In this document: one piece after another, positions 43,211 to 59,588 of the stretch | Layout of the letters: every line of letters begins with the position of its first letter | Position numbering within the stretch: the first letter of the stretch is position 1 | Source of the DNA: the human T2T-CHM13v2.0 reference genome, Homo sapiens | NCBI GenBank assembly: GCA_009914755.4 | Contig: CP086569.2 | Coordinates: 13,376,001-13,440,000 of the forward strand | Reading direction: 5' to 3' | DNA length: 64,000 nucleotides | Translations under genes and position numbers: made by a program | Notes under the pieces: model-generated | Seen by the model: the letters and a program-made list of their open reading frames with translations, nothing else | Told to the model about the DNA's origin: nothing | The model's database searches: none

Positions 43211-43527
43211 AGGCCACGCATGATGGCTCACACCGGCGATCCCAGCACTTTAGGAGGCCGAGGCGGATGGATCACCTGAGGTCAGGAGTTTGAGACCAGC
43301 CTGGCCAACATGGTGAAACCACATTTCTACTACAAATACAAAAATTAGCTGGGTGTGGTGGCATGTGCCTGTAATCCCAGCTACTTGGGAGGCTGAGGCA
43401 GGAGAATCACTTGAACCGGAAAGGTGGAGATTGTAGTGAGCTTAGATCAGGCCACTGCACTCCAGCCTGGGGGACAGAGTAAGACTCTGTCTCAAAAACA
43501 AAATAAAAAGTAATAAAAAATAAAAGA
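43211..43527 (+). mobile_element. Alu
   Basis: Dimeric Alu consensus. Confidence 0.9.
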
Positions 43528-44059
43528 ATCAAGATATTCTTATTCTGTGTCACAGTAACTTCCTGACTTTGTGATTCACCCTGGCACACATACAGACATG
43601 GATACAACAGGTTTTTAGATATAAAATCATGAAAAAAATCGATCTGTTTCTTTCTCAGGAGCATTTGTGAGGAATGGGCATTAGGTACAAAGGTGCGTGC
43701 ATGTTTCATTGTTTATGGACAATGCCTGTGATGGTTCATACTGACTGTCAACCTGATTGGACTGAGGGATACAAAGTATTGATTCTAGGTGTGTCTCTGA
43801 GAATCTTGCCAAAGGAGATTACCATTTGAGTCAGTGGGCTGGGAAAGGCAGACCCACCTTTAATCTGGGTGGGCACCATTTCATCAGCTGCATCATGGCT
43901 GGAATATCAGTGAGGAGAAAAATGTGAAAAGAGACACTAACCTAGCCTCCCAACAGACATCTCTCTCCTGTGCTGGATGCTTCCTGCCCTGGAACATCAG
44001 ACTCCAAGTTCTTCAATTTTGGGACTGGGATTGAGTCTCTTTGCTCCTCAGCCTGCAGA

Positions 44060-44063
<4 letters not shown>

Positions 44064-44104
<41 letters not shown>
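44064..44104. repeat. (CA)20 microsatellite
   Basis: Direct read. Confidence 0.95.
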
Positions 44105-44111
<7 letters not shown>

Positions 44112-46142
44112 GTATATATAAAATATAATATATTATATAATATAATGTATATTATATATTATATTATAATATATATTACATAATATACAATGTATAATAT
44201 ATTTATATATTATATAATACTACATAATATGTTATAATACATGATATACTATATTATACATTATATATTATATTATATAATTATTATATATTATATAATA
44301 AATAAGATATTATATATTATATTACATATAATACAATATATTATATAACATATATAATATATAATATACAATACTATATATAAAATATCTTATATATTAT
44401 ACATATTTATATATAAAATAATAATATATACATTATATATTATAATATATAATTATATATAAATATATAAATATATAATTATGTATAAATTATATAACAT
44501 ATAATTAATATATATTATAATAATATATATAAATTATATTATATATTATATTATATATTTAATATTTAATATATATAAATTTATATATATTATTTTTATA
44601 TATGATATATAATATATAAATATATTTATAAAGAAATATATATTTATAAATAAATATCTATATGTATGAAGAAACATATATTTATAAGTAAATATCTATA
44701 TGTATAAATAAATATATCTATATTTATAAATAAATATCTATATGTATAAATAAATATATATATTTATATATAAATAAATATTTAAATATATTTATACATA
44801 TATTCATATATTTATATATATATTTATAAATAAATATATATATAAATAAATATATACTTATAAATAAATATATAAATAAATATATAAAATATATATAAAA
44901 ATAAATATATTTATAAAAATATATATAAATATATATTTATAATAATATGTATTTATAAATAAATATATATATTTATAAATATATATTTATAAATATATAT
45001 GTATAAATAAATAACTATATATTTATATATATATTTATAAATACATATATATTTATAAATATATATATAAATATATATATTTAGAGTATACATACTCTAA
45101 ATATATATTTATATATATATTTATAAATATATATATTTTTTTATTATATATATATTTTATATATTTTTTATATATATAAATTATATATATAATTAATATA
45201 TATATAAATTATATAAATATATTTATAAATATATAAAAATTAGTATATATAAAAATTAATAAATATATTTTTATTTATGTATAAATAAGTATATAAAAAT
45301 AATAAATACAATATATAAATATAAATATAATGTATTATATATAATATATATCATATATTAAATATAATTAATATATTATTATATATGATTTAATAATCAA
45401 TATATAATATTCTATATTAATATAATAATCAATATATTATTACATATAATATAATATGGTATAATAATATATATCATGTATTATATATAAAATAATATAT
45501 TATTTGTATATATAAATATATATTTATATATAATATTATATATAAAATAATATATTATTTGTATATATAAATATATATTTATATATAATATTATATATAT
45601 AATAATATAATATATAAAAATATATAATATATAAATATATAATAAATAATAATATAATAATATATATTATATAATATGTTAATATATTATATATTAATAT
45701 ATAATATATTGAATATTATATATGTTGTGTATTATATAATATGTTATATATTATATAATATGTTATATATTATATAATATGTTATATATTATATAATATG
45801 TTATATATTACAGATTGTATAATATGTTATATATTATATAATATTATATAAGATGTTATATATTATATATTATATAATATGTTATATATTATATATTATA
45901 TAATATATTGTATATTGTATATGATGTATTATATATTATATAATATATTGTATATTGTATATGATGTATTATATATAATATACATTATATATATTATATA
46001 TTATATCATATATTATTATATATTATATGTAATATTACATAATATATAATATAATATATAATTTAATATTTAATATATGCTCTTATATTAATATATATTA
46101 TATATTATATAGTGTATATATTATATATATAATATATTATAT
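44105..46142. repeat. About 2.04-kb almost pure A/T tandem-repeat array
   Basis: Made of self-complementary-type units (tatattatat, tttataaatatatat, ttatatattatataatatg x ~9 near 45700-45900). Local perfect-arm inverted repeat ttagagtat-ac-atactctaa at 45081-45100, near the array midpoint. Confidence 0.95.
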
Positions 46143-46187
46143 GTCTGTTTGACATGAATCCTGCTTGTCTGGGAACTTAGAATACAT

Positions 46188-46226
46188 ATTCTGCAGGCTG
46201 AGGAGCAAGGAGCGCCAGTCCCAACC
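46188..46226 (-). repeat. Inverted duplicate of the host-LTR segment that precedes the AT array
   Basis: The reverse complement of 46188-46226 (ttgggactggcgctccttgctcctcagcctgcagaat) matches 44022-44060 (ttgggactgggattgagtctctttgctcctcagcctgcagaat), and also 36627-36655 in copy 1. Confidence 0.8.
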
Positions 46227-46793
46227 CACATAATATTCCATTAGTTTTGTCCCTCTAGAGAACCTTGACTAATATATTGCCAAATCATTCCCACGGAGGT
46301 TGTGCAAATTCACAGCAGTAAAATTGAAAATGGATAATGAAACCAGGAAAGCAAACAATGCAACAGTATTACCCGGATGTTTTAAAAAACTTTTAATGTT
46401 GGGTTGACAGGAAACAAAAACTGAAAATGCTAAATACTAGAAAATGACCATGATATAAACTCCCCATGAAAGACCCGTAAAGCTTGCTTTTAGCAGTGCA
46501 CAGATGAAAAGTTAGAACCTCACATGTTTATAACATTAAACAAGAAAGAAAGAAAATAAATGGCATGAACATTCAACTCAAGAAGTCATGCCTGTGGGGA
46601 GAGTGAGTATCACGTTAAACCTCAGAAAAGCAGGAGGAGGGAATTAATGAATTAAAAATTGAGACATTATTTGTTAAATAATTTAAACATTATATGAGAA
46701 AACTAAAATTGACAAAGATAAATTAAAATAATGATGGCACTAAACAAGAAGAATGCGAGCTTCTCCATACACTTGGAGGATGCACAAGAATTA

Positions 46794-47258
<465 letters not shown>

Positions 47259-47260
47259 CT

Positions 47261-47267
<7 letters not shown>

Positions 47268-47296
<29 letters not shown>
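47268..47296. repeat. (CA)14 microsatellite
   Basis: Direct read. Confidence 0.95.
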
Positions 47297-47297
<1 letters not shown>

Positions 47298-47599
47298 CAT
47301 GCCTAGAAAAGTTTAGCCAATCAGATTTTCCACAATAGAAAGAAGAAAATCTACCAAAATATATGTATGAAGAAAGTACAATATTGAAATTTATTATGTG
47401 CAAACACATAACATACATGAATTTGACTTTCGAATATTGACACAATAATCCTAAAGAAAATAACAAAACTAAGGCGTAATACCAAATAAGATTGAATTGT
47501 AGAATGGAAAGATGGCTAACATAAGGTTATCTATTATATGTAATTATATTTAATTCACCATATTAATAGATCAAAGTAGAAAATCATACAGTAATCATG

Positions 47600-47970
47600 A
47601 TGCATCCCCAAAAAGGCACTTGATTGAATTTAATACCCATTTCTCAATAATGTTCTTAAGAAAGGAGTAGATACACTTTTTCATGATTTTATATATGAAA
47701 ACCTGTTGTATCCCCACAAAGGTGTTAGAAGAATAATTTTTCATGGTTGTATATATGAAAACCTGTTGTATCCCCACAAAGTGCTAGAACAGATACATTT
47801 TTCATGCTTTTATATATGAAAACCTTTTGTATCCCCACAAAGTGTTAGAAGAATAGATACATTTTTTTCATGATTTTATATATGAAAGCCTGTTATATCC
47901 CCCAAAATGTTAAAAGAATAGATACATTTTTTCACAGTTTTATATATGAAAACATGTTGTATCCAGGACT
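47600..47970. repeat. Minisatellite, about 6 copies of a ~60-62-bp unit
   Basis: Unit tttttcatgattttatatatgaaaacctgttgtatccccacaaagtgttagaagaatagatacat recurs at 47677, 47738, 47801, 47864 and 47928, with a diverged copy at about 47600. Confidence 0.9.
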
Positions 47971-49595
47971 GTATGTATGCCCATATGAATCATGAATTAA
48001 GGAAATTAGCAGGGCACAGAATTAACATAAGTAGGTAGTTTAAACGTATAAAATACTAAAGGTAAAAATCAATATAAAAATACGAAACCACTGTGAAGAA
48101 ATACAAAAGAAGTAACTAGAAAAAGAGATGTAGCTTATTCTTACACTGACTCTAGATTACAAACATTCCTACATTAATCTGTAAATTTAATGTAATTCTT
48201 ACAAAAATATTAATTGAGTTTTTCTTAGAATGGGCAAGTTGATTCTAAAATACAAATGAAAAATTAAACAGCAAAGGATGGCCAAGAATATCCTGAAAAT
48301 ATGAATGGGAAAGGCAGTGAGTCTTGTCACATATGAAAAACTATAATTCTCAAGCAACTGTCATTAGAATCATGTGGCATTACCTCATTTGCAAACAGAG
48401 TGATCAATGAGAGACAGGAGAGGTTGGAAAGTATCCCCACCAACTCCTGGACATACAGGAAGTTAGTGCATGATGTAAACTGCATTTCAAATCAGTGGAG
48501 AAAACATAAGATTACCTCATTTTGGGGAAAATACTGGATAGAGAAGCATCTCTTCCTCACTTCCTATACAAAAAGTGCATCCCTGGAAACCCAAATATTT
48601 TCATGTAATAAAGAAAAAAAATTCCCACAAAAGTGTTAGAAGACTATGAGTGTTCTTTTTTTCAATAAAGAAAAAAAATATGGACAGAGTATGTTCTAGT
48701 ATGTTTGAGTATGGACAAAGCATTTCTAAATATTACACAAAGACCAGAAACCACTCACTTTACCACACAAAAATAATAAATACTAGAGTAAAAAATAAAA
48801 TGCCACTTAAAGATTCAAAAGGCTAAGGATAAAGTGGAAAAGCATATTTGCTGTCTACTTCACTAAGGGCATTATCTTTCACATGTAAAGGGTTCCTATA
48901 GCCCAATAAGAAATGGACTGATAACACATAAAAATGAAAAAAGTGCAGTTCAGATGGTTTCTGGTAATGGATTCTCAACACACAGACCCTCAACCTCACT
49001 CAAGATATGAGAAATGCAACGTTAACAGAGTTGATTTGATTCCATTTTTCAAATGAGAGATTGGCAGTGACCAGAAAGTTTGGAGGGCTCCTAGGAAAGA
49101 GATCTGAAGCATCCTTCCAATCCTGTGAATTTGTACAATGTGTAGGGGGAGTGATTTGACAGTCTCCATAAGCAATTAAACATGCAACACTTTTTTACCT
49201 AAGAAAGCTACCTTTAGACATTTATTACAACAAATTCATTTACATAAGCTCACAATCATGTACTTCCTAAGATGTTCATGGCAGCATTTCCCCAACAGTA
49301 AAGACTTGACCACAGCTTAAGTGGGTTGGTTAAGTACATTGTGGTCCAGGTAGCAATGAATCCTCTGCCTTCTTTAAAAGAACAAATGAGTCAAGGGGCT
49401 TTTTCTTTACTGACACTGCCAGCATGTACTGAAGCTTAGTAAGCACATGCAGAATAAATCACATAAAAAGTCTCTCTTCCTTAAGACGTTAGGGATTGGC
49501 TCTGATACCAACAACTACCATACTATTTCAAATACTATTATTTTAAAAATTTATAAAGTATTTTATCCTATGTTCTATTACCCCTTAAATAACTT

Positions 49596-49785
49596 CTTTT
49601 TTTCTTGAGACAGACTTTTGCTCTGTCACTCAGACTGTAGTGTAGTGGGGCAATCTTGGCTCACTGCAACCTCTGCCTCCCAGGTTCAAGCAATTCTGCC
49701 TCAGCTTCCCAAGTAGCTGGGACTACAGGGGCACACCAGCACCCCTGTCTAATTTTTGTATTTTTATTAGAGGTGGGTTTCACCA
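49596..49785 (-). mobile_element. Alu, partial
   Basis: Poly-T then reverse-complement right monomer and part of the left. Confidence 0.8.
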
Positions 49786-50249
49786 AATATTGTTCCATGT
49801 GTTTAGAAGCATGGTCGATGTTATTCTTTTTTTGAAGTAGAAGTAGATATGTAATGATAGAGGTAGACATTCTGAACTCTGTTGAAAGGAAAGCCTTCAG
49901 GCCACAGGAGATTTGGTTGATGGGAGGAGAGAGAAAAGGCCTCATGACATTTGCTAGCTGGTTTCACTGAGTAGTTGCTTAAAGGACTCTTGGGAAGAGG
50001 GATTAAACTTTTGCTCTGAAGGATCCACAGAAGCGACTGTGTAGAATCCCTATTTTGTGTTCTGCAGAACTACTTTCCTTTAAATGAGTGGTGCAGACAA
50101 AATGATAATGTGGTTTAGATATAATTTTAATTAATACATAAAATTGGACATAAAGCAAACGAGTTTATTTACATACTTTTATGTTCACACAGACTTTCTT
50201 TTTTTCTCTCTCTCTTTTTTTCTTATACTTTAAGTTCTACGGTACATGG

Positions 50250-54245
<3,996 letters not shown>

Positions 54246-54359
54246 TATGATGTTAGCTCATTATTTTTCTCATTAGTTGATGCAGTTTCTTCATAGCATC
54301 AATGGTCTTTGCAATTTGGCATGTTTTTGCAGTGGCTGTTACCAGTTGTTTCTTTCCAT

Positions 54360-55372
54360 GTTTAGCGCTTCCTTCAGGAGCTGTTGTAAGTCAGGCATGG
54401 TGGTGACAAAATCTCTCAGCATTTGCTTGTCTGTAAAGTATTTTATTTCTCCTTCACTTATGAAGCTTAGTTTGGCTGGATTTTAAATTCTGGGTTGAAA
54501 ATTCTTTTCTTTAAGAATGACGAATATTGGCCCCCACTCTCTTCTAGCTTGTAGAGTTTCTGCTGAGAGATCAGCTGTTAGTCTGAAGGGCTTCCCTTTG
54601 TGGGTAACCCTACCTTTCTCTCTGGCTGCCCTTAACATTTTTTCCTTCATTTCAACTTTGGTAAACCTGACAGTTGTGTGTCTGAGAGTTGCTCTTCTCG
54701 AGGAGTATCTTTGTGGCGTTCTCTGTATTTCCTGAATCTGAATGTGGGCCTGCCTTGCTAGATTGGGGAAGTTCTCCTGGATAATATCCTGCAGAGTGTT
54801 TTCCAACTTGGTTCCATTCTCCCCATCACTTTCACGTACACCAATCAGACATAGATTTGGTCTTTTCACATAGTCCCATATTTCTTGGAGGTTTTGTTCA
54901 TTTCTTTTTACTCTTTTTTCTCCAAACTTCTCTTTTGCTTCATTTCATTCATTTGATCTTCAATCACTGATAACCCTTTCTTCCAGTTGATCAAATTGGC
55001 TACTGAAGCTTGTGCGTTCATCACGTAGTTCTCGTGCCATGGTTTTCAGCTGCATCGGTTCCTTTAAGGACTTCTGTACACTGGTTATTCTACTTGGCCA
55101 ATCGCCTAATCTTTTTCAAGGTTTTTAGCTTCTTTGCGTTGTGTTCAAAGTTCCTCCTTTAGCTCAGAGTAGTTTAATCATCTGAAGCCTTCTTCTCTCA
55201 AGTCGCCAAAGTCATTCTCCATCCAGCTTTGTTCCATTGCTGGCAAGGAGCTGTGTTCCATTGCTGGCAAGGAGCTGTGTTCCATTGCTGGCAAGGAGCT
55301 GCGTTCCTTTGGAGGGGGAGAGGTGCTCTGATTTTTAGAATTTTCAGCTTTTCTGCTCTATTTTTTCCCCAT
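54360..55372 (-). pseudogene. L1 ORF1 with an in-frame 48-bp expansion (24-bp unit x 3) near the N-terminus, disrupted downstream
   Basis: ORF 54483-54869 matches the ORF1p C-terminal half (RPNLCLIGVRESDGENGTKLENTLQDIIQENFPNLARQA...). ATG at 55370-55372. gttccattgctggcaaggagctgt x 3 at 55231-55302 encodes SSLPAMEH x 3. Confidence 0.9.
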
Positions 55373-55878
55373 GTTTGTGGTTTTATCTACCTTTGGTCTT
55401 TGATGATGGTGATGTGCAGATGGGGTTTTGGTGTGGATGTCCTTTCTGTTTGTTAGTTTTCCTTCTAACAGTCGGGACCCTCAACTGCAGGTCTGTTGGA
55501 GTATGCTGGAGGCCCACTCCAGACCCTGTTTGCCTGGTTATCAGCAGCGGAGGCTGCAGAACAGCAAATATTGCTGAACAGCAAATGTTCCTGCCTGATC
55601 GTTCCTCTGGAAGCTTCGTCTCAGAGGGGTACCTGGCCATGTGAGATGTCGGTCTACCCCTACTGGGCGGTGCCTCCCAGTTAGACTACTCGGGGGTCAG
55701 GGACCCACTTGATGAGGCAGTCTGTCTGTACTCAGATCTCAAACTCCAAGCTGGGAGAACCACTACTCTCTTCGAAGTTCAGTCAGAAATGCAGAAATCA
55801 CCTGTCTTCTGTGTCACTCATGCTGGGAGCTGTAGAGTGTAACTGTTCCTATTTGGCCATCTTGGAACCAAGAATTCC
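55373..55878 (-). promoter_or_regulatory. L1 5'UTR (internal sense promoter region), about 0.5 kb versus ~0.9 kb full length
   Basis: Antisense-strand 5'UTR sequence with an internal jump from ...ctcttcgaagttcagtcag to aaatgcagaaatcacc, relative to the L1PA consensus. Confidence 0.7.
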
Positions 55879-55969
55879 ACACACACTTCCAATAACTGTG
55901 TTAGGAAAAAACTCACAAGCTGTTTTTTGTCTGCCCTCACACAACAATCAACACAGAAGACTTCCGTGA

Positions 55970-56343
<374 letters not shown>

Positions 56344-56798
56344 AACTACAGCTACCTTTTTAGGTGGTTATCCTTATTGCAAAAGCAGCAACAGATACTT
56401 TCAAAATTGATCTTCTTAAAGCCAGAACATGTATACTCCTCTATGTAAATTTAAATCTCTCTAAATCTCCCTTCTCTTTCTCCATTCCTAGGCAACCACT
56501 AATCTGCCTTCTGTCTCTATGGATTAGGTAGCATTTTCTAGCATTTTAAGTAGAGTTCCAGGATGGAGTGTGTACCTTTATAAGTGGCTAGCTCATGAAA
56601 AGAACACTGCAGGTAGTTCACAGATTGAGACACCAACATATTCCTATTCTATATTGCTCCAATTAAAAGCATGACCAGATGGTAAACTAGCTTGCCCAAG
56701 CCTTGTTTGACTTGTTGCAATTGCCTGCCCCCATCTGCAAAAATGTGGTGAGTTATAGAGGTACATACATCTCAGTGTAAGGTGCAGATATCTATGGT

Positions 56799-56950
56799 TT
56801 TTTTGTTTGTTTGTTTGAGACAGTTCTTGCTTTGTTTCTCAGGCTGGAGTGGAGCAGTACAAACAATCATAGCTTACTGGAGCCTCTAACTTAGGCTCAA
56901 GCAATCCTCTGAAAGTGTTGGGATTACCAGCATGAGCTATTGCACCTGGC
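56799..56950 (-). mobile_element. Alu fragment (old)
   Basis: (TTTG)n then partial reverse-complement Alu. Confidence 0.75.
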
Positions 56951-56960
56951 CTCTCCATGG

Positions 56961-57200
56961 TTTTTTATTTTAGTTTTTAGTCCCTGTCACCCAGGCTGGA
57001 GTGTCGTGGTATGATCTTGGCTCATTGTAACCTCTGCCTCCCAGGTCCAATCGATTCTTCTGCCTCAGCCTCCCAAGTAGTTTATTTTTCCCACCACCAC
57101 AATCAGCTAATTTTTGTAGTAGAGACAGGGTTTTGCCATGTTGGCCAGCCTGGTGTTGAAATCCTGACCTCGGTGATTCACCCACCTCAGCCTCCTAAAT
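56961..57200 (-). mobile_element. Alu, diverged or partly deleted
   Basis: T-rich tail then reverse-complement Alu. Confidence 0.8.
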
Positions 57201-57543
57201 TCTCTACATGGTTTTTTAAACATCACTTGAATGGTGGTTCATATATAAACTCTCCTCCCTGTAGTGGCAGCTGCTATGTGTCTTATTTTGTAGGCTCATT
57301 TTATCTTTGCATGTGTGGGGACCAGGCAGCCAGGATAGGGTTGTGATGGACCACTTTCACAAAGCAGTGGTATCTTGTTTCACAGGCATGGGCAGCACAG
57401 ACTTTGTGGTCCTTGAGAATCTGCTGCTGGGAAAGCAATGCAGAAGGAGACAGGCAGGTAGCTATATCCCCAGACAAATGAGAGCCAGTGCTTCCTCTTG
57501 CCCAGGGCACGGAAAGTTCAGGGCAGACATGTGCCCTTTTATT

Positions 57544-57590
57544 GTGTGTATGTGTGTGTGTGAGAGTGTGTGTGTGTGTGTGTGTGTATC
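57544..57590. repeat. (GT)n microsatellite, interrupted
   Basis: Direct read. Confidence 0.95.
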
Positions 57591-58944
57591 CAGTTTTCAT
57601 CTGTACTGTTTTCCTAGGTCCCAGGTCCACTGCAGAAGAGTCCTGGACAGGTCTTGAATGGATCCAGGCTCTGAGATTTTCACAGAGGCTCACAGGCTAT
57701 TTTGACTGGCAGAAAAGCAGTTCTACCACTTACTGCCTTAAGCACATGTGCTTAGGAAGGTTAAGGCTGGAAACCTGGTGGCCTATTGGCATTTTCCTCA
57801 TAACTTAGCCCAGCTGGGTCAGTGCAAAAGGGAGGTCAGCCTGATGCCCTCGAGCTGCACTGGAGGAGAGGGAGCAGCGTGGTGAAGGACGGAGAAAGGG
57901 ATGGCAGGTTCTAGCTTAGCTGAGCTTGTCCTACCACTCAGTGCTACGGTTGATGGCTGTTGTCTGTTGTCGTGGTCTGTTGCTATTCTCTCTCTGGCAT
58001 CTGTATTAACAACTCTGGGGACACAGTAATCTATTTTTCCTACTTCATAGGCAAATTGCCAAAAGTTCAGCCTCTAAAAAACACCTATAATTTCAAACAC
58101 CCTGAGGAAAATTTCTTTTAAATATCATATCATAAATCATTTTCTAAAGCTTTACAATTACCCTTTTGATCTTTTCCCAAATTTACATTATTAGTTTTGT
58201 TTACAACAAAGTCTGCCTGCTGCCTTGTCATTGACCCCACTCTGGGGAGTTTCTCTTGAACCGATCAAGTGTTGCAAGTCATTTTGTGGGGGCCAAATCC
58301 TGGATAGGGTCAATTCAGTTCATTTCCTGCCACTTTGCTGGCAGTGCTAAACCCTCTTGTGAATCTAATTACATCTGCTAAGCTTGCATTCAAGAGCAGC
58401 TTAGAAGCAGAGGGGAGGGTTTTCTGCAGCAGGCTGTAAGGGTTTGTAAGACTGTGTAGTGTGGTCCTACCTTTGAAGAGAAGAGTCTGCACATTGAGGG
58501 ACAGCATTCGTCTTGCTAGGAGCAAGTTTCTTACAACATGCACACCCTCTTGGCCATTGCTAAGGTGCCCTGACTGCTGCTCCAAGCCCACATTGTGCTG
58601 TGCCCCCCTCTGCTGCTGGCTCCTTGGAGCTGTCCTGGAGCAGGTGGCCCTGTGGCCCCAAGATTGATTAGCACAGATGTTCCAGCAGCTGCTACTTGAA
58701 ACTCTGGCAGCCAGTAACGGGCCTGCCTAATATGTCAGCAGGTTTACATCCCCACCCCATCTTTCCCAGCCCTCCCTACTCCCTCCAAAGCTACTCCTGG
58801 GGCAGAAACTGTGTATGTTTAGATGGAGAGTATGCTCCTTAGTGGGGACACTGGAGGATGTCTGGTGAAACTCGTGCCTTGAAGGCTGTCTGATATCATT
58901 GATATCATTTGTCTGTGATTCAGGAGTGGGTATTTTGTTTCTTC

Positions 58945-59267
<323 letters not shown>

Positions 59268-59448
59268 TGAGCATTTGGGGGCTTATGGCTGTTTGCTACT
59301 GTGCTTATTTTCTTGTTAAAACAAAAGAGACCATGCTTTTTTGGCTTATTTTCCATTATTGTTTTTATTTAATTTATTTTATTATGAATGCAGGAAGGGA
59401 AGGAGAAAGGGAGGGAGGATACAAGGAAGGAAGAACAGGATCTCACTC

Positions 59449-59588
59449 TGTTACCCAGGCTGGAGTGTGGTGGCTATTGATAGGCATGATCATACCTCAT
59501 TACAGCCTCAAACTCCTGGGCTCAAGCAGTGCTCTTGCCTCAGCCTCCTGAATAGCTGGGACCACAGGTACATTCCACCATGCCCAGC
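59449..59588 (-). mobile_element. Alu right-arm fragment preceded by a GA-rich tract (59392-59448)
   Basis: ggatctcactctgttacccaggctggagtg... Confidence 0.8.

Larger units (their letters stand above)
43738..46278 (+). repeat. MLT2-like solo LTR, copy 2, interrupted by (CA)n plus a 2-kb AT array
   Basis: 43738-44062 is collinear with copy 1 (36307-36640). 46235-46278 matches the copy-1 3' end (36700-36746). Confidence 0.5.

Noticed and set aside
55229-55456. Plus-strand ORF MFHCWQGAVFHCWQGAVFHCWQGAAF...
   Set aside because: It is the antisense reading of the L1 ORF1 24-bp triplication, not an independent gene.
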